Notes under the pieces: model-generated
The model's database searches: none
Told to the model about the DNA's origin: nothing
Seen by the model: only the letters and a program-made list of their open reading frames with translations
Shown here: in pieces, positions 22,128 to 34,737 of the stretch
Layout of the letters: every line of letters starts with the position of its first letter
Numbering within the stretch: position 1 is the stretch's first letter
Assembly (NCBI GenBank): GCA_964016885.1
Contig: OZ024754.1
Coordinates: 31,930,001-31,994,000 of the forward strand
Length of the DNA stretch: 64,000 nucleotides
DNA from: Eledone cirrhosa
Taxonomy: Eukaryota
Reading direction: 5' to 3'
Translations under genes and position numbers: made by a program

Positions 22128-22660
22128 TGTCGTGTCACTCTTGAGTGCTACTGGCAACATGGAACCCAGTACAACCTGTCGCATGGTCGGGTGGTCGCCG
22201 ACTAAACCGGCAACCCTACCAAGTTTACTTGGAGGGGGATTTTGGACACCCTGCAGGACAAAAAACAAAACCTGACAAAGGGCAGAAGAACTCATAAGAG
22301 TTAACGGCCATCCGAAAGTGTGTAAATATGTATATACACATGTGCCGCGCGGTTAAACCACTGGGAGTGAAGGACCCCTAGCCTTTGTCAGGGCATTCTT
22401 CTAGGAGAAGGCAACTCAGGAAACTGGGATAACTCCGATATAAAACCTGCGGCTCAGTAGTTACCGATGATGTTAATCTTTTCTTCTTTTCAGGTTATAG
22501 CTACTGTCGCTCAGAGAGTGGGATTGGCTCAGTGCACAGTCTTTCCTCACTTTAAAAAATATCTTCACGCACAGACATTGCACGATTGCATTAATTGATA
22601 ATTATTAATAATGGTATATCGTGCAATGGTCATACTCGATAACGAGGGGGCAGCCATCAT
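22128..22660 (+). mobile_element. Diverged relative of the RTE-derived non-autonomous element
   Basis: Shares GTGCTACTGG...CCAGTACAACCTGTC...CGACTAAAC head and CTCGATAACGAGGGGGCAGCCATCAT end. Confidence 0.7.
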
Positions 22661-22685
22661 GTATGTATGTATGTAGGTATGTATA

Positions 22686-23380
22686 TATGTCAGGTCACCA
22701 GTTGGTGCTACTGGTAACACGTATCCCAGTACAACCTGTCTCATGGTCGGGTCGTTGGCGACTAAACTGGCAACCCCACCAAGGTTTCTTGGTGGGATTG
22801 CCAGTTTAGTCGCCAACGACCCGACCATGAGACAGCTTGTACTGGGATACATGTTACCAAGGTTTCTTGGTGAGGAGGGTGACTTTGGACATCATGCAGG
22901 ACTAAAAACAAAACCTGTCAAAGGGCAAAGGAGCTCTTAAGAGTCAATGGCCATCCAAAATCACCGGGAGAGATGACCCCCTTAGCCTTTGTCAAGGCAG
23001 AATTCTAGGAGAAGGAAAACTCTGATATAACACCTGCAACTCTGATGGTATCCAATGATGTTGACTTGTTCTTCTTTTTGGTAAATATCATCTTGGTTAA
23101 GAGAGTGGGACTGGCTTTGTGCAGTGCCTTTGCTCACTATAAAAGCGTCACGGCACAGGCATTGCTTTATATCTGGAAATCTCTCTGCACTTGTCGTCAC
23201 ATGGTACCATGGGCCCCCAGCAGTATGTGTCAATAATTGTCACAAGTGTAGTGTTTGTACCAGAGTTTTCAAGTCGCTGGCTGGACTAAAAAGTCACACT
23301 CGTTCAGCGCATCGGTAAGGGTTCTCCTACATGGATATAAAGTAATGGCCGTACTCGAAAACGAGTTGGCAGCCACCACC
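22686..23380 (+). mobile_element. RTE-derived non-autonomous element, copy 2, with an internal hairpin of 72-bp arms
   Basis: Reverse complement of 16186-16797 plus an inserted inverted duplication at 22788-22859. Confidence 0.8.
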
Positions 23381-23634
23381 ATGTATGTATGTATATATGT
23401 TTGAATAGGTGGCGTTAAAACGTTGGATAGAATACTTTGTGGTATTCATTTCGACTCTCAGCATTCTGAGTTCAAAACTAGCCGAGGTCAACTTTGCTTT
23501 TGATAGTCTCGAAGTCCATAAAATGTACCAGTTTAGTATTAGAGGTGATTCTTGCTCTGTATATTCTTTTTACTTCCACTCTATCACTGGTTATCTCTTC
23601 CAGCAAGAATTACGGGTTCATACTTACACACACA

Positions 23635-23697
<63 letters not shown>

Positions 23698-23701
23698 GCA
23701 C

Positions 23702-23761
<60 letters not shown>

Positions 23762-23774
23762 ATGTGTGTGTGTA

Positions 23775-23802
23775 CGTGTTCGAATAAGTTGAGAATACAA
23801 CA

Positions 23803-23870
<68 letters not shown>

Positions 23871-23968
23871 GCGTACGTGTTCGAATAAGTTGAGAATACA
23901 ACAATATATATGTGTGTGTGTGTGTGTGTGAGTGTGTGTACGTGTTCGAATAAGTTGAGAATACAACA

Positions 23969-24029
<61 letters not shown>

Positions 24030-24049
24030 TGTGTGAGTGTGTGAGTGTG

Positions 24050-24087
<38 letters not shown>

Positions 24088-24136
24088 CGTGTTCGAATAA
24101 GTTGAGAATACAACAATATATATATATGTGTGTGTG

Positions 24137-24186
<50 letters not shown>

Positions 24187-24237
24187 CGTGTTCGAATAAG
24201 TTGAGAATACAACAATATATATATGTGTGTGTGTGTG

Positions 24238-24280
<43 letters not shown>

Positions 24281-24401
24281 GTGTGTGTGTGTACGTGTTC
24301 GAATAAGTTGAGACTACAAAAATATATATATATATGTGTGTGCGTGTGTGTGTGTGTGTGTGTGTACGTGTTCGAATAAGTTGAGAATACAACAATATAT
24401 A

Positions 24402-24445
<44 letters not shown>
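23775..24445. repeat. Compound minisatellite: 7 x CGTGTTCGAATAAGTTGAGAATACAACAATATAT separated by variable (GT)n
   Basis: Modules near 23775, 23875, 23941, 24088, 24187, 24294, 24366. Confidence 0.9.
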
Positions 24446-24448
<3 letters not shown>

Positions 24449-24978
24449 AGATGGTCCGAAGGTCGCCACTGTATATGATGTTGAATATTGTTAAGTTGTG
24501 TGCGAGTGAAAGGAGAGCACGTGTGTGGACGTAGCGTGTGTATGTGTGTGTGTGTTGACAGTGTATATGTGTGTGTTGTATGTTAGTGTATTGGTGTGTG
24601 TATGTTAATGAGGTTCATGTACTTATATAAATGGTTTAATAATCCAGCCGCCATAGTGCTTCTCACCCATCATTCACATACGCACGTAGCAGCACACGTA
24701 CACACGCACCAATACACTAACATACAACACTCATATACCAAGTCAACACACACACGTGACCTATACCCCACCCATTTCCCATTTATTTTTACTTTTTATT
24801 TTTCCATTTTCTATTTTTTAAATTTTGAACATCCCTCCTTAACTCCATCCCCTTTAAATATTTGGAAGCCCGACAATGCGTGCAAGATTAAAAGTGCCAC
24901 GCATTGTCGGGCTTCCAAATATTTACACTTATTTATATTTGTATTTCTTATTCCACAATGCTTCAAGCAAACTAAAAC

Positions 24979-25049
<71 letters not shown>

Positions 25050-25112
25050 TGGCCCTTGAAATATGTATAATAAAATAAATATGGTTTTATAAATATAGTT
25101 TCCATTTGTTAT

Positions 25113-25157
<45 letters not shown>

Positions 25158-25159
25158 TT

Positions 25160-25510
25160 ATTTAGGTTTGTTGGTTCACCACTGGATAGAACTGGTCATT
25201 CCGTATGGTCAACCTCGATGTAATATTATTGAGAGCACTCAACGTAATGCAACTCACCCGTCTTCGTGTGTGTAGTTGGTGGTGCGAGTACGGGGTTAAT
25301 TATTATAAAATAACAGGAAGCTGGACTGGTGTAAATCCTTGAAAGGGTTATTATACTATGATCATTTCAATGACCGGGTTCACTATGAATCCGGTGACAT
25401 CATCAGATAATTCAAAATATAACAAAGGAATATAACAGGTAAAATCCATGGGGCTGAAAATCAGAGACAAGAGGGCGGCCGACAATTTAGCAGCTTCTAC
25501 CTCTGTCATA
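25160..25510 (-). mobile_element. (TA)n-flanked non-autonomous element with hammerhead motif (25350-25411); related to 57965-58460 and 59620-59800
   Basis: Minus strand ATTAT-CTGATGA-TGTCACCGG..CCGGTCATT-GAAA-TGATCA-TA^GTATAAT; shared GGTTCACCACT..AGAACTGGTCA..AGCACTC..GGACTGGTG blocks. Confidence 0.65.
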
Positions 25511-25532
25511 TATATATATATATATATATAAC

Positions 25533-25717
25533 TGTTTCTACTTTAGGCACAAGGCCAGAAATTACCCAGTGTATTACTGGTACTTTATTTTATCGACCCC
25601 GTAAGGATGAAAGGCAAAGTCAACCTCGGCGGGATTTGAACTCAGATTGTAAAGGGACGTAACTATGCTCGAAAGCATGGCGTCCGACCCTCTACCGATA
25701 CTGCCAATCCACCGCCT
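25533..25717 (-). mobile_element. Octopus-type SINE (~185 bp); further copies near 28565-28718(-), 37178-37390(+), 37410-37590(+), 41110-41450(-, two), 56648-56833(-), 56929-57119(+)
   Basis: Shared GGCGGTGGATTGGCAGTATCGGTAGAG...GAGTTCAAATCCCGCCGAGGT...GGGTCGATAAAATAAAGTACCAG...GGCCTTGTGCC. Confidence 0.85.
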
Positions 25718-25878
25718 ATTATATTTATATATAACCAAAGATTAGTATGGTTCGTTGATTACTCAACGAATACAATTTTACAATAGATTAGAAGTACTCA
25801 ACAGAGGTTTTCCTGGAGTTTTTAATATTATTCAAAATGTTAACAAATTAAAAATATTCGCATAATCAAAATATATAC

Positions 25879-25935
25879 TTTATTATATATATTTCAAAGG
25901 TACTGTGTTGTTTCAGTACGTCTTCATCAGATAAA
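25879..25935 (-). ncRNA. Hammerhead ribozyme motif
   Basis: TTTAT-CTGATGA-AGAC-GTACTG..CAGTAC-CTTT-GAAA-TATATA-TA^ATAAA. Confidence 0.6.
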
Positions 25936-26803
25936 ATATATGATTTGATATATGACATACCGCTACAGAATTGGCAGTGATTTATTTCATCAAATCTCAA
26001 CGTTTTTATACGACAAATAATTGTTTCTACATTTGGCACAAGGCCAGCAATTACTCAGTGCATTACTGGTACTTTATTTTTTATCGACCCCGATTAAAGA
26101 ATATGTGAATAGATTTGATTTCTTATTTTATCTAGCATTTGAAAACAACGGTTTTTTTTTTATATTCCTCTTTATTTGGTGTTTCCTTCTTTTTCTTTCT
26201 TTTTCTTTAGCTCTCCCCACATCTTCCCTCTCTTTTGTCTTTATTCCTCTTTTCTTTTTATATATTTCTTTTCTTGTTTTATTCATTCATCCATTTATTT
26301 TTTTATTCATTTATTTATTTCTTGTCTTTTCCTCTTTTTTGCACCCCCTCTTATATCTCTAATTTGATCTACGTCCTTTTCTTCTTTAAGTTTATCATAT
26401 TATTTGTGGTATAAAAACGTTGAGATTTGATGAAATAAATCACTGCCAATACCGGAATTGAATAATCAAGACCATACCCTTGAAATATATATAATAAAAT
26501 CAATATGGTTTTATAAAGATAGTTTCCATTTATTAATATTATGGCCTTGTGCCAAAAGTAGAAACAATTAATATTATATATACTATTGTATTTTTGTGGT
26601 AAAGGCTTTATCTTACATAATTATCTTACATAATATCGGATCTACGAGATTTTGATGTTATTTATTTTGAGAACAATAACTTAACATCAGTATAAGTGGC
26701 CAGTTATGGCTGGTTTGAACAGAAATAGGTGAGAGAATTCTAGCCGGATATGGCCGGTTTAAATGCTGAAGGGTTAAATTTTAGAAGTGGTGGATTTCAC
26801 TAC

Positions 26804-26847
<44 letters not shown>

Positions 26848-27061
26848 TAAAAAAATAATGAATAAAACAATGAAACAGTTCCTTATATTAAACAAAAAAA
26901 GTTCATTATTTAACGATCGTTTCTGGGATATATATGTGTTAGAATTGGCATGTATATTTAACAGATCTATGTACAAAATTATACAAATTCCATGATATCC
27001 GGATTACATTGAGTTCTTCATACGGATTGGACACTACCGTAAACTCTTGGTAGATTTATCT

Positions 27062-27104
<43 letters not shown>

Positions 27105-27611
27105 CAGAAGGGTTATTCAGTTTGTTGGTAATTCAACAAATATAAATGTTTATAACTGATTCAGAGCACTCGACAAGTTTTCTGGAGTATAATATACAAT
27201 GATATTAAATATATATATATATATATAATATGTTGAGAAGGTAACACACCAGAGAGAGATATATAGTGTGTTATCAATAATACAGAGAAAAAAAACCCAC
27301 CAGTGTATGGAATCTATAACCTATGAAAGGCAGACTATAGCTTTGTAATTATGTAATAGGTGTTTACAGACGGGGGAACAACGTGAAAAAGGTTTACTCC
27401 CTGAAATTAGACAAGCGATATTACGTAATCTTCTCAGGATATTGATCCTTTCATAGGTTATAGTTTCCCTGTATTATTGATAACACACTATATATCTCTT
27501 TCTGGTGTGTTACCTTCTCAACATATTATATTTTAAAGGGCTCAGGATCTCTTCCCCTTTGAGCACATTATTTACAGGGAATAACGACGGCCTATGCCTC
27601 CGTTAATTTAT

Positions 27612-27681
<70 letters not shown>

Positions 27682-28418
27682 TTAGTTCTACAACAGTTAG
27701 TTCACCATTACCGAGAACAATTGTTTCACCTTCGGATCATTAGCTCCGTTTAAATGAGGTTGTACGGAAAAGGAAAAACAACTGTACGAATACGCATGTG
27801 CAGAAACAGTCACTTCTTCCAGGGGGAAGTGTAAGCCCATGATAGATCGATGTGAGGGAGATAACTGTGGATGCTTGGAATAAATTATTCCTGTTATTCA
27901 GAATATTATAGATTGTTCATATTAGTCGATCTGGAGCTTTGTAATTATGTAATAGGTGTTTACAGACGGGGGAACAAGTGAAAAATGTTTACTCCCTGAA
28001 ATTAGACAAGCGATATTACGTAACCTTCTCAGGATATTGATCCTTTCTTCAATGCACAGCCCACAAGACGTATTTCCATTTGCGTATGGCTTAGACTTAA
28101 TAATAACTTTCCGTTGAATAGATTAATCTACGCCTGTGTCCTTGAGGGACCATACTTGGCTCTCGAGCCACAAAAGTTTTGAATTGATATTTTGAGAAAA
28201 ATTATTTACAAGAAACAAAATAAGAATAAGATTTAATACTGTAATCTTTATTTGATATATTACAAAAAATAATGTTTTCCAATTTTTCATGCATTACATT
28301 GAGTAATTTTGAAATGCAGAGTTTTTCTTCATAAATTATATCACTGATTTAAAATCAATCATCATTTTCTTACAAAAAAATTGTATGAAACGCAGCAAGG
28401 CGTGGGTAATTCGGCAAG

Positions 28419-28534
<116 letters not shown>

Positions 28535-28849
28535 TAGATAACGCAATGGTCTAATAACTATAATTGTTTTTACTTTTGGCACAAGGCCAGCAATCGACCC
28601 CGTAAGGATGAAAGGCAAAGTAAACCTCGGCGGGATTTGAACTCAGAATGGCAAGGACCGTAACTCCATGCGTCAAAGCATGGCGTCCGACCCTCTACCG
28701 ATACTGCCAATCCACCGCATAATGTCCCCATTTCTGTTGTGGTCACAACTTGAAACGTGAATGAGCTTAATTATGGTAGAAACTGATTGGACAAGATATT
28801 CAGTGTATGTGTGTGTTTATTTGTGAGGTGTGTATATTTGTGTTTGTAT

Positions 28850-29470
28850 TCTTGCCCTGCCCTCCTTCTCCACTAGCACGCAGCTAGACAACAATAGCCT
28901 GCGTATCGGCGTTTCCTTGAGGCTCGGCCTCCGGATCTGCGAGTCACACCAATGTCGCTGCGGTTCCATCGTGGACTCTTTCGTCCTCCACCCGCTTTCC
29001 TGTCGCCACAGTGCCGGCCGCCTTCCACGCCATGCTGCTCTCAATGAGGTCATAAAGCATGGCTTGGACGATGCAGGCTTCCCTTGCCAGCTCGAGCTGG
29101 TTGGGCTGGACCGAGGGGACGGCAAAAGGCCAGATGGCATGATCATCTTCTCGTTCCGCGGTGGCAAACCCCTCGTCTGGGATGCCACTTACACCGACAC
29201 TTTCTGCAGCCGCAACCTGGTGCAGTCTGCAACTAACCCAGGTTCTGTTGCACGTAGGGCTGAGGAGGTCAAACGCCTCAAATACCGGTTGTACCCCCTG
29301 GCAGTGGAGACTTCTGGTTTCCTCGGCCCTAGGGCTACCTCCCTACTCACCACCATAGGCGCTGAACTGGCTAGCCGCAGGTGTGAGCCCTGCGAGCTGG
29401 AGTGGCTTTTCTAGAGCGTCTCCCTTGCCGTCCTCCGGGGAAACGCCTTCTCGGCCTGTCCGCCGGGGCT
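28850..29470 (+). mobile_element. Degenerate 3' end of a CRE/R2-group non-LTR retrotransposon (restriction-like endonuclease); second fragment at 32650-32875
   Basis: LRLG, CRCG..H.LSC, RHAALN, GKRPDG, WDAT, PLAVETSG; second fragment ends SLAIFRGNA. Confidence 0.75.
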
Positions 29471-29867
29471 GTGTGTGGGGGAGGGGGAGCATCGCGTATC
29501 ATTCCATATATAAGTATGGTCAATGAAGAATATGTGCCAATAGCCGGCTGTGCTTGGATTGCAGGTACTTTTGCATGTCGTTTGAGCCCTTCCATTATTA
29601 TATCATGTCTTTCAGTTTGTATAGGTATATATTATTTTTGTCACATCACACCAGACTAAAAGACAATGCAAACAAATAGAAGCTGATTGCTATGACCATA
29701 AGAAGTGAAATAGCAAATTACAAACCTGGGCAGTCTTCTATTTTACGTTCTAACGACTGTGCTAATTCGCCGCTGGGGCTAGTATAGTCATCTAAATCTC
29801 TTTAAGGTAGCCGCAATCTAATGATTGAAGTTAGAGAAAGAATACCAGAGTAAAAGTATTAACTCAC

Positions 29868-30006
29868 CAATAAAAATAATTTCCAACAATATAAAGGCAT
29901 CCACAAGTGTGGTTGATGCTGCAACTGCAGTTTGAAGAAATTGAAATTTGCCGAATACTTTCAGATCAATAAAGAGACCATCAAGATTGTAACTTTTCTG
30001 AGACAT
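29868..30006 (-). CDS. SLC22-like coding exon 1, copy A
   Basis: MSQKSYNLDGLFIDLKVFGKFQ...LEIIFI-G|GTGAGT; 139 nt, phase 1. Confidence 0.8.
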
Positions 30007-30064
30007 AATCTTTCTAAACGAATTATATGTCAAACCCGTTTCTTTCAGAGTTCTCTATCTGTCA

Positions 30065-30135
30065 ATCAATTTATACCAAACGGCTGTGTAGTTATTAATG
30101 CAGATCTTATTACTTTACAGCAAGCCAATCACCAC
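30065..30135 (-). promoter_or_regulatory. Putative promoter of exon-1 copy A (TATAAAT and CCAAT box); homologous block upstream of copies B, C, D
   Basis: TATAAAT on - strand at 30069-30075; AGCCAATCAC at ~30123-30132, conserved near 30727, 33395 and 37115. Confidence 0.45.
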
Positions 30136-30486
30136 AGTTCTGTATCTTCCTCCCCTCCTCCTTCCCCTCCTCCTTTCTTTCTTTCTTTATATTCTGGAGC
30201 ATTATTTCCCTTCACTCCTCCCCTTTCTTCTGCGACACCAGAGCTCTTAGCATCCTCTCCCCTCCCATTCTTTTTCTTCTTTCTTTCTCTCTTTTCTTTT
30301 TTCTATATTTCTCTATTCTGTCTTTCGTTTTGTTTTCCCTTTTTTTTTTATTACTAAATTTTATTTAAAAAATAAACTTCTAAGTATATATAGTCGACTA
30401 AATCTCTTTAAGGTAGTTCCCTAGCATAGCCGCAATCTAACGACTGAAGTTAGTGAAAAAATACCAGGGTAAAAGTATTAACTCAC

Positions 30487-30625
30487 CAATAAAAACAATT
30501 CCCAACACTGTAAAGGCACGCACAAATCTGGTTAATGCTATAACTGCATGTTGAAGAATTTGAAATTTGCCGAATACTTTCAGATCAATAAAGAGACCGT
30601 CAATATTGTAACTTTTCTGAGGCAT
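30487..30625 (-). CDS. SLC22-like coding exon 1, copy B
   Basis: MPQKSYNIDGLFIDLKVFGKFQ...LGIVFI-G|GTGAGT; 139 nt. Confidence 0.75.
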
Positions 30626-31317
30626 AATCGTTATGTCAAACCCGTTTCTTTAAGAGTTCTCACTGTCAATCAATTTATTTTAAATAGTTGTGTGGTTATT
30701 AATGCAGATCTTATTACTTTACAGCAAGCCAATCACCACAGGTCTGTATCTTCCTCCCCTCCTCCTCCTCCTCCTCCTCCTTTCTTTCTTTCTTTCTTTC
30801 TTTATATTCTGGGGCATTATCTATATGTTAATTTCAACAACGTCAGTATTCCGTCTGTCATAATTCTCGATTATCATTGGTTCATAGGTTTCAAACGACT
30901 CCGCTCTCCTCAATGACGCCAAACTGAAATTAATATGCATAATGCCAACGAGGGAGTGAGAGGGGAGAGTAAGAAACAGAGAGGCAAAGTGAACGCTGTA
31001 ACTATTACCATGTGTGCGTGTGTATGTACGTGCGCGTATTTATGTGTGTGTGTGCGTGCGTGCAGCGTTCCACAGAAAATAAAAGCAATTCGACTTTATC
31101 AAACAGTGAACTACAGCGGCCACGGCGTGCAGCCAGGAATGAAGAAAAACGGGCCGAACAGCGCCATCGGAAAGCCGAACTTCAGAGGCGATGACGTGCC
31201 GCCATGAATGAAGAGGAGCTGATTAAACAACGCCAACGAAACACTGGAGCCAAGCAACGACGGCGTGCTGCGATGGTTGAAGACGAACTGGCTAAGCATC
31301 ATCTTTTATATTAATTA

Positions 31318-31671
31318 TCTATATCTACATATAATAAAAAAAGATTGGAACTTCCATCATCATTTTGAGAAACGTGGTACAACCACGTCTATGCAATGAT
31401 ACACGTTTTACAGTCACGCAGAAGATGAACCATCTCCTAGAGGTCACTATTCTAGATGGGACCACCTAGAATTGTTCATATACTATGCACAAACGGTACA
31501 ACGAAGAATCTGGTATATCTAGAAATTTTTTTTTACTGTTTTCTGTATCACACAGACACCACGGACTCGCCTCTTACTGTAACCAGACAAACATCCAATA
31601 CAGTCATTTTCTCTTTTACCTGTCTTCTCTTATCATCTGTTTACCCGAGCGAAGCTGGGTACGTCAGCTAG
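31318..31671 (+). mobile_element. Non-autonomous Helitron
   Basis: 5' TCTATATCTACATATAATAAA; 3' hairpin ACCCGAGCGAAGCTGGGT followed by CTAG; sits between A and T. Confidence 0.7.
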
Positions 31672-31706
<35 letters not shown>

Positions 31707-31710
31707 TATA

Positions 31711-31989
31711 TTTCTTTATTAGCCACAGGGGCACAAAAGAAGGGGACAAATACAAAGGGGGAAGTTTACATACAATAAAAACGTGTAAAATGTTATCACA
31801 GATGGAATTTAAAAGTTAGTCGATTTTCCCCAATAGAGGGAGACAGTTCATATAGGTAACACATACCCCCGAAAAAAAATGTGCAACCCTCATCTCCAGG
31901 AGTACGAAGAGCTTGTACTCCTTTCCTCTCCTCCTCCTTTTCCTCAACCTACAGGCTGATATAGAGAGAAGGCCCATTCACTCGGGCCA
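31711..31989 (-). mobile_element. Tx1-like LINE 3' fragment abutting (GATA)n
   Basis: Nearly identical to the 3' ends at 49206 and 54944. Confidence 0.85.
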
Positions 31990-32223
31990 ATAGATAGATA
32001 GATAGATAGATAGATAGATGGATAGATAACGCAATGGTCTAATAACTATAATGTCCCCATTTCTGTTGTGGTCACAACTTGAAACGTGAATGAGCTTAAT
32101 TATGGTGGAAACTGATTGGACAAGATATTCAGTGTATGTGTGTGATTATTTGTGAGGTGTGTGTATATATGTGTCTGTATTCTTGTGTGTGTGTCTGTGT
32201 GTGTGATAGATAGATAGATAGAG

Positions 32224-32262
<39 letters not shown>

Positions 32263-32429
32263 GAGGTGGGGGAAGAGAGAGGTGGGGGATAGTGAGGATG
32301 AAAAGCTGACCTGATGTTTGAGAGACAATTGTAGAATATTTGAGAAAAAGCATGAGATATGACGTAAGATTATATGATTAACCCTTTGGATAACAAACCG
32401 CCTGGAACTGCTTCAGGTTCTATAATGGT

Positions 32430-32605
32430 GTGAAGGTGTGTGGCTTTGTGGTTAGGGTAGTCAGCTTACAATCGTAAGGTTGCGAGTTCGATTTCCGGCG
32501 GCGCGTTGTGTCCTTCAGCCAGGCTCTTTATTTTACGTTCACTCAAAATGATTTGTGTCTATAATTCGAATGGCAAGTCTTGTTATATTCAGTGTCACGT
32601 TGAAT
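32430..32605 (+). mobile_element. tRNA-derived SINE 5' part (3' part at ~34225-34430)
   Basis: GTGGCTTTGTGGTTAGGG...GAGTTCGATTTCC; overlapping sequence resumes at 34230. Confidence 0.6.
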
Positions 32606-33152
32606 CTAACGACTCTGCCAATTCGCCGCTGGGGCTAAGGAAGAACGTAAAATAAACAAATACTGGGGTTTGTCCGGCCGCTTCCTATTAGCACCGGTCG
32701 CCGTCGAGACCTCAGGCGTACTTGAACCCCGTACTGCCGAGCTCCTGCGAAAGGTCGGAGCGTAGGTACCCCGTCTCAGAAGGGAGCCCTGCGAGGTTGG
32801 GTGGCTGTTGCAGCGGGTGTCACTGGCCATCTTCCGGGGGAATGCTTTTGCCGTTTTATCAGCGGAGCGCAGCACTCTTGCCCTAGGCCCAAAACTCAAT
32901 CACCCTCCCCTTCACCCCTCCCCTTTCTTCCCATTCTTTTTCTTCTTTCTTTCTCTCTTTTCTTTTTTCTATATTTCTCTATTCTGTCTTTCGTTTTGTT
33001 TTCCCTTTTTTTTTTATTACTAAATTTTATTTAAAAAATAAACTTCTAAGTATATATAGTCGACTAAATCTCTTTAAGGTAGTTCCCTAGCATAGCCGCA
33101 ATCTAACGACTGAAGTTAGTGAAAAAATACCAGAGTAAAAGTATTAACTCAC

Positions 33153-33291
33153 CAATAAAAACAACTTCCAACAATGTAAAGGCACCCACAAATTCGATTA
33201 ATGCTAAAACTGCATGTTGAAGAATTTGAAATTTGCCGAATACTTTCAGATCAACAAAGAGATCGTCAATATTGTAACTTTTCTGAGGCAT
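33153..33291 (-). CDS. SLC22-like coding exon 1, copy C
   Basis: MPQKSYNIDDLFVDLKVFGKFQ...LEVVFI-G|GTGAGT; 139 nt. Confidence 0.75.
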
Positions 33292-33443
33292 AATCGTTAT
33301 GTCAAACCCGTTTCTTTAAGAGTTCTCACTCTGTCAATCAATTTATTTTAAATAGTTGTGTGGTTATTAATGCAGATCTTATTACTTTACAGCAAGCCAA
33401 TCACCACAGTTTTGTATCTTCCTCCCCTCCTCCTTCCCCTCCT

Positions 33444-33475
<32 letters not shown>

Positions 33476-33703
33476 TATATTCTGGAGCATTATATATATA
33501 TATATATATATATTTGATCAAAATGCTACCACCACTTTTGACCTAGAGATATATCTGTAGGTACCTAACTACCTATAGGTAGGTTTGTAGGTAGGTAGGT
33601 AGGTAGGTAGGTAGGTAGGTAGGTAGGTAGGTAGGTGGGCAGGTAGATAGATAGGGAGGTAGGTGGGCAGGTAAGTGGGTAGGTAGATAGATAGGTAGAT
33701 ATC

Positions 33704-34200
33704 TTTCTTTATTTGCCACAAGGGCGTACAAATAATGGGACATTACATAACGTGACGGCGGGGTTTTACATAAAAATCATATAACTTTAAGATTGATAAA
33801 TAACAATAAACTATATAAATCTATCTATCTATCTATCTACCACTTTGGAAGAAGAATCAGGATGGAGAGAGAGGTGCTGTACCCCAGCAAGTTTTATGAA
33901 AGGTGGGTGAAAGTGGCGAGAATGGCCCGAGTGAATGGGCCTTCTCTCTATATCAGCCTGTAGGTTGAGGAAAAGGAGGAGGAGAGGAAAGGAGTACAAA
34001 CTCTTCGTACTCCTGGAGATGAGGGTTGCACATTTTTTCGGGGGTATGTGTTACCTATATGAACTGTCTCCCCCTATTGGGGAAAATCGACTAACTTTTT
34101 AAATTGCATTTGTGATAACATTTTACAGGTTTTTTATTGTATGTAAACTTCCCCCTTTGTATTTGTCCCCTTCTTTCGTGCCCCTGTGGCTAATAAAGAA
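33704..34200. mobile_element. Two Tx1-like 3' fragments in opposite orientation (33704-33815 minus; 33838-34200 plus) with (GATA)n/(ATCT)n borders
   Basis: Match to 3' ends of the 47650 and 49206 elements; + fragment encodes HFGRRIRMEREVL..FYERWVK. Confidence 0.8.
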
Positions 34201-34737
34201 ACATATCTATTTATTTTATGCTGCTTCAGTTCACTCAAAATGATTTGTATCTATCATTCGAATGGCCAGCCTTGTTATATTCAGTGTTACATTGAATCTC
34301 CCTGAGAACTATGCTAAGGGTACGCGGGTCTGTGGAATGCTCAGCCACTTGTACGTTAATTTCACGATCAGTCTGTTCGGTTGATCGGATCAACTGGAAC
34401 TCTAGTCGCCGTAACCGACAGAGTGCAGAGTGCCTCACACACTCATATCTATCGTTAAAAAATTCTATCATAATTTTATGCAAAAACATTTGTTAAGTTA
34501 TGTTCCAAACACTACATGAATAATCAGAAAATTCGTAATTTTACAAAATCCACCGAAATTCTTGATTATTTTCATAATTATTTGAAAACCATAGGCAGTG
34601 TATTTCATGAGTGATACGGTAAGGAAACGGTTAATATGTGATGGAATGATGACTGGGGTGTGATATGGTGAAAAGAAGGGCACGAGGAATTTATGAGGGA
34701 ACATGAAAAGGAGACAGAGTGGTCAAGAAATATTTCC

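Noticed and set aside
23775-24445. CRISPR-like repeat-spacer appearance
   Set aside because: Spacers are (GT)n, the context is eukaryotic and there are no cas genes.
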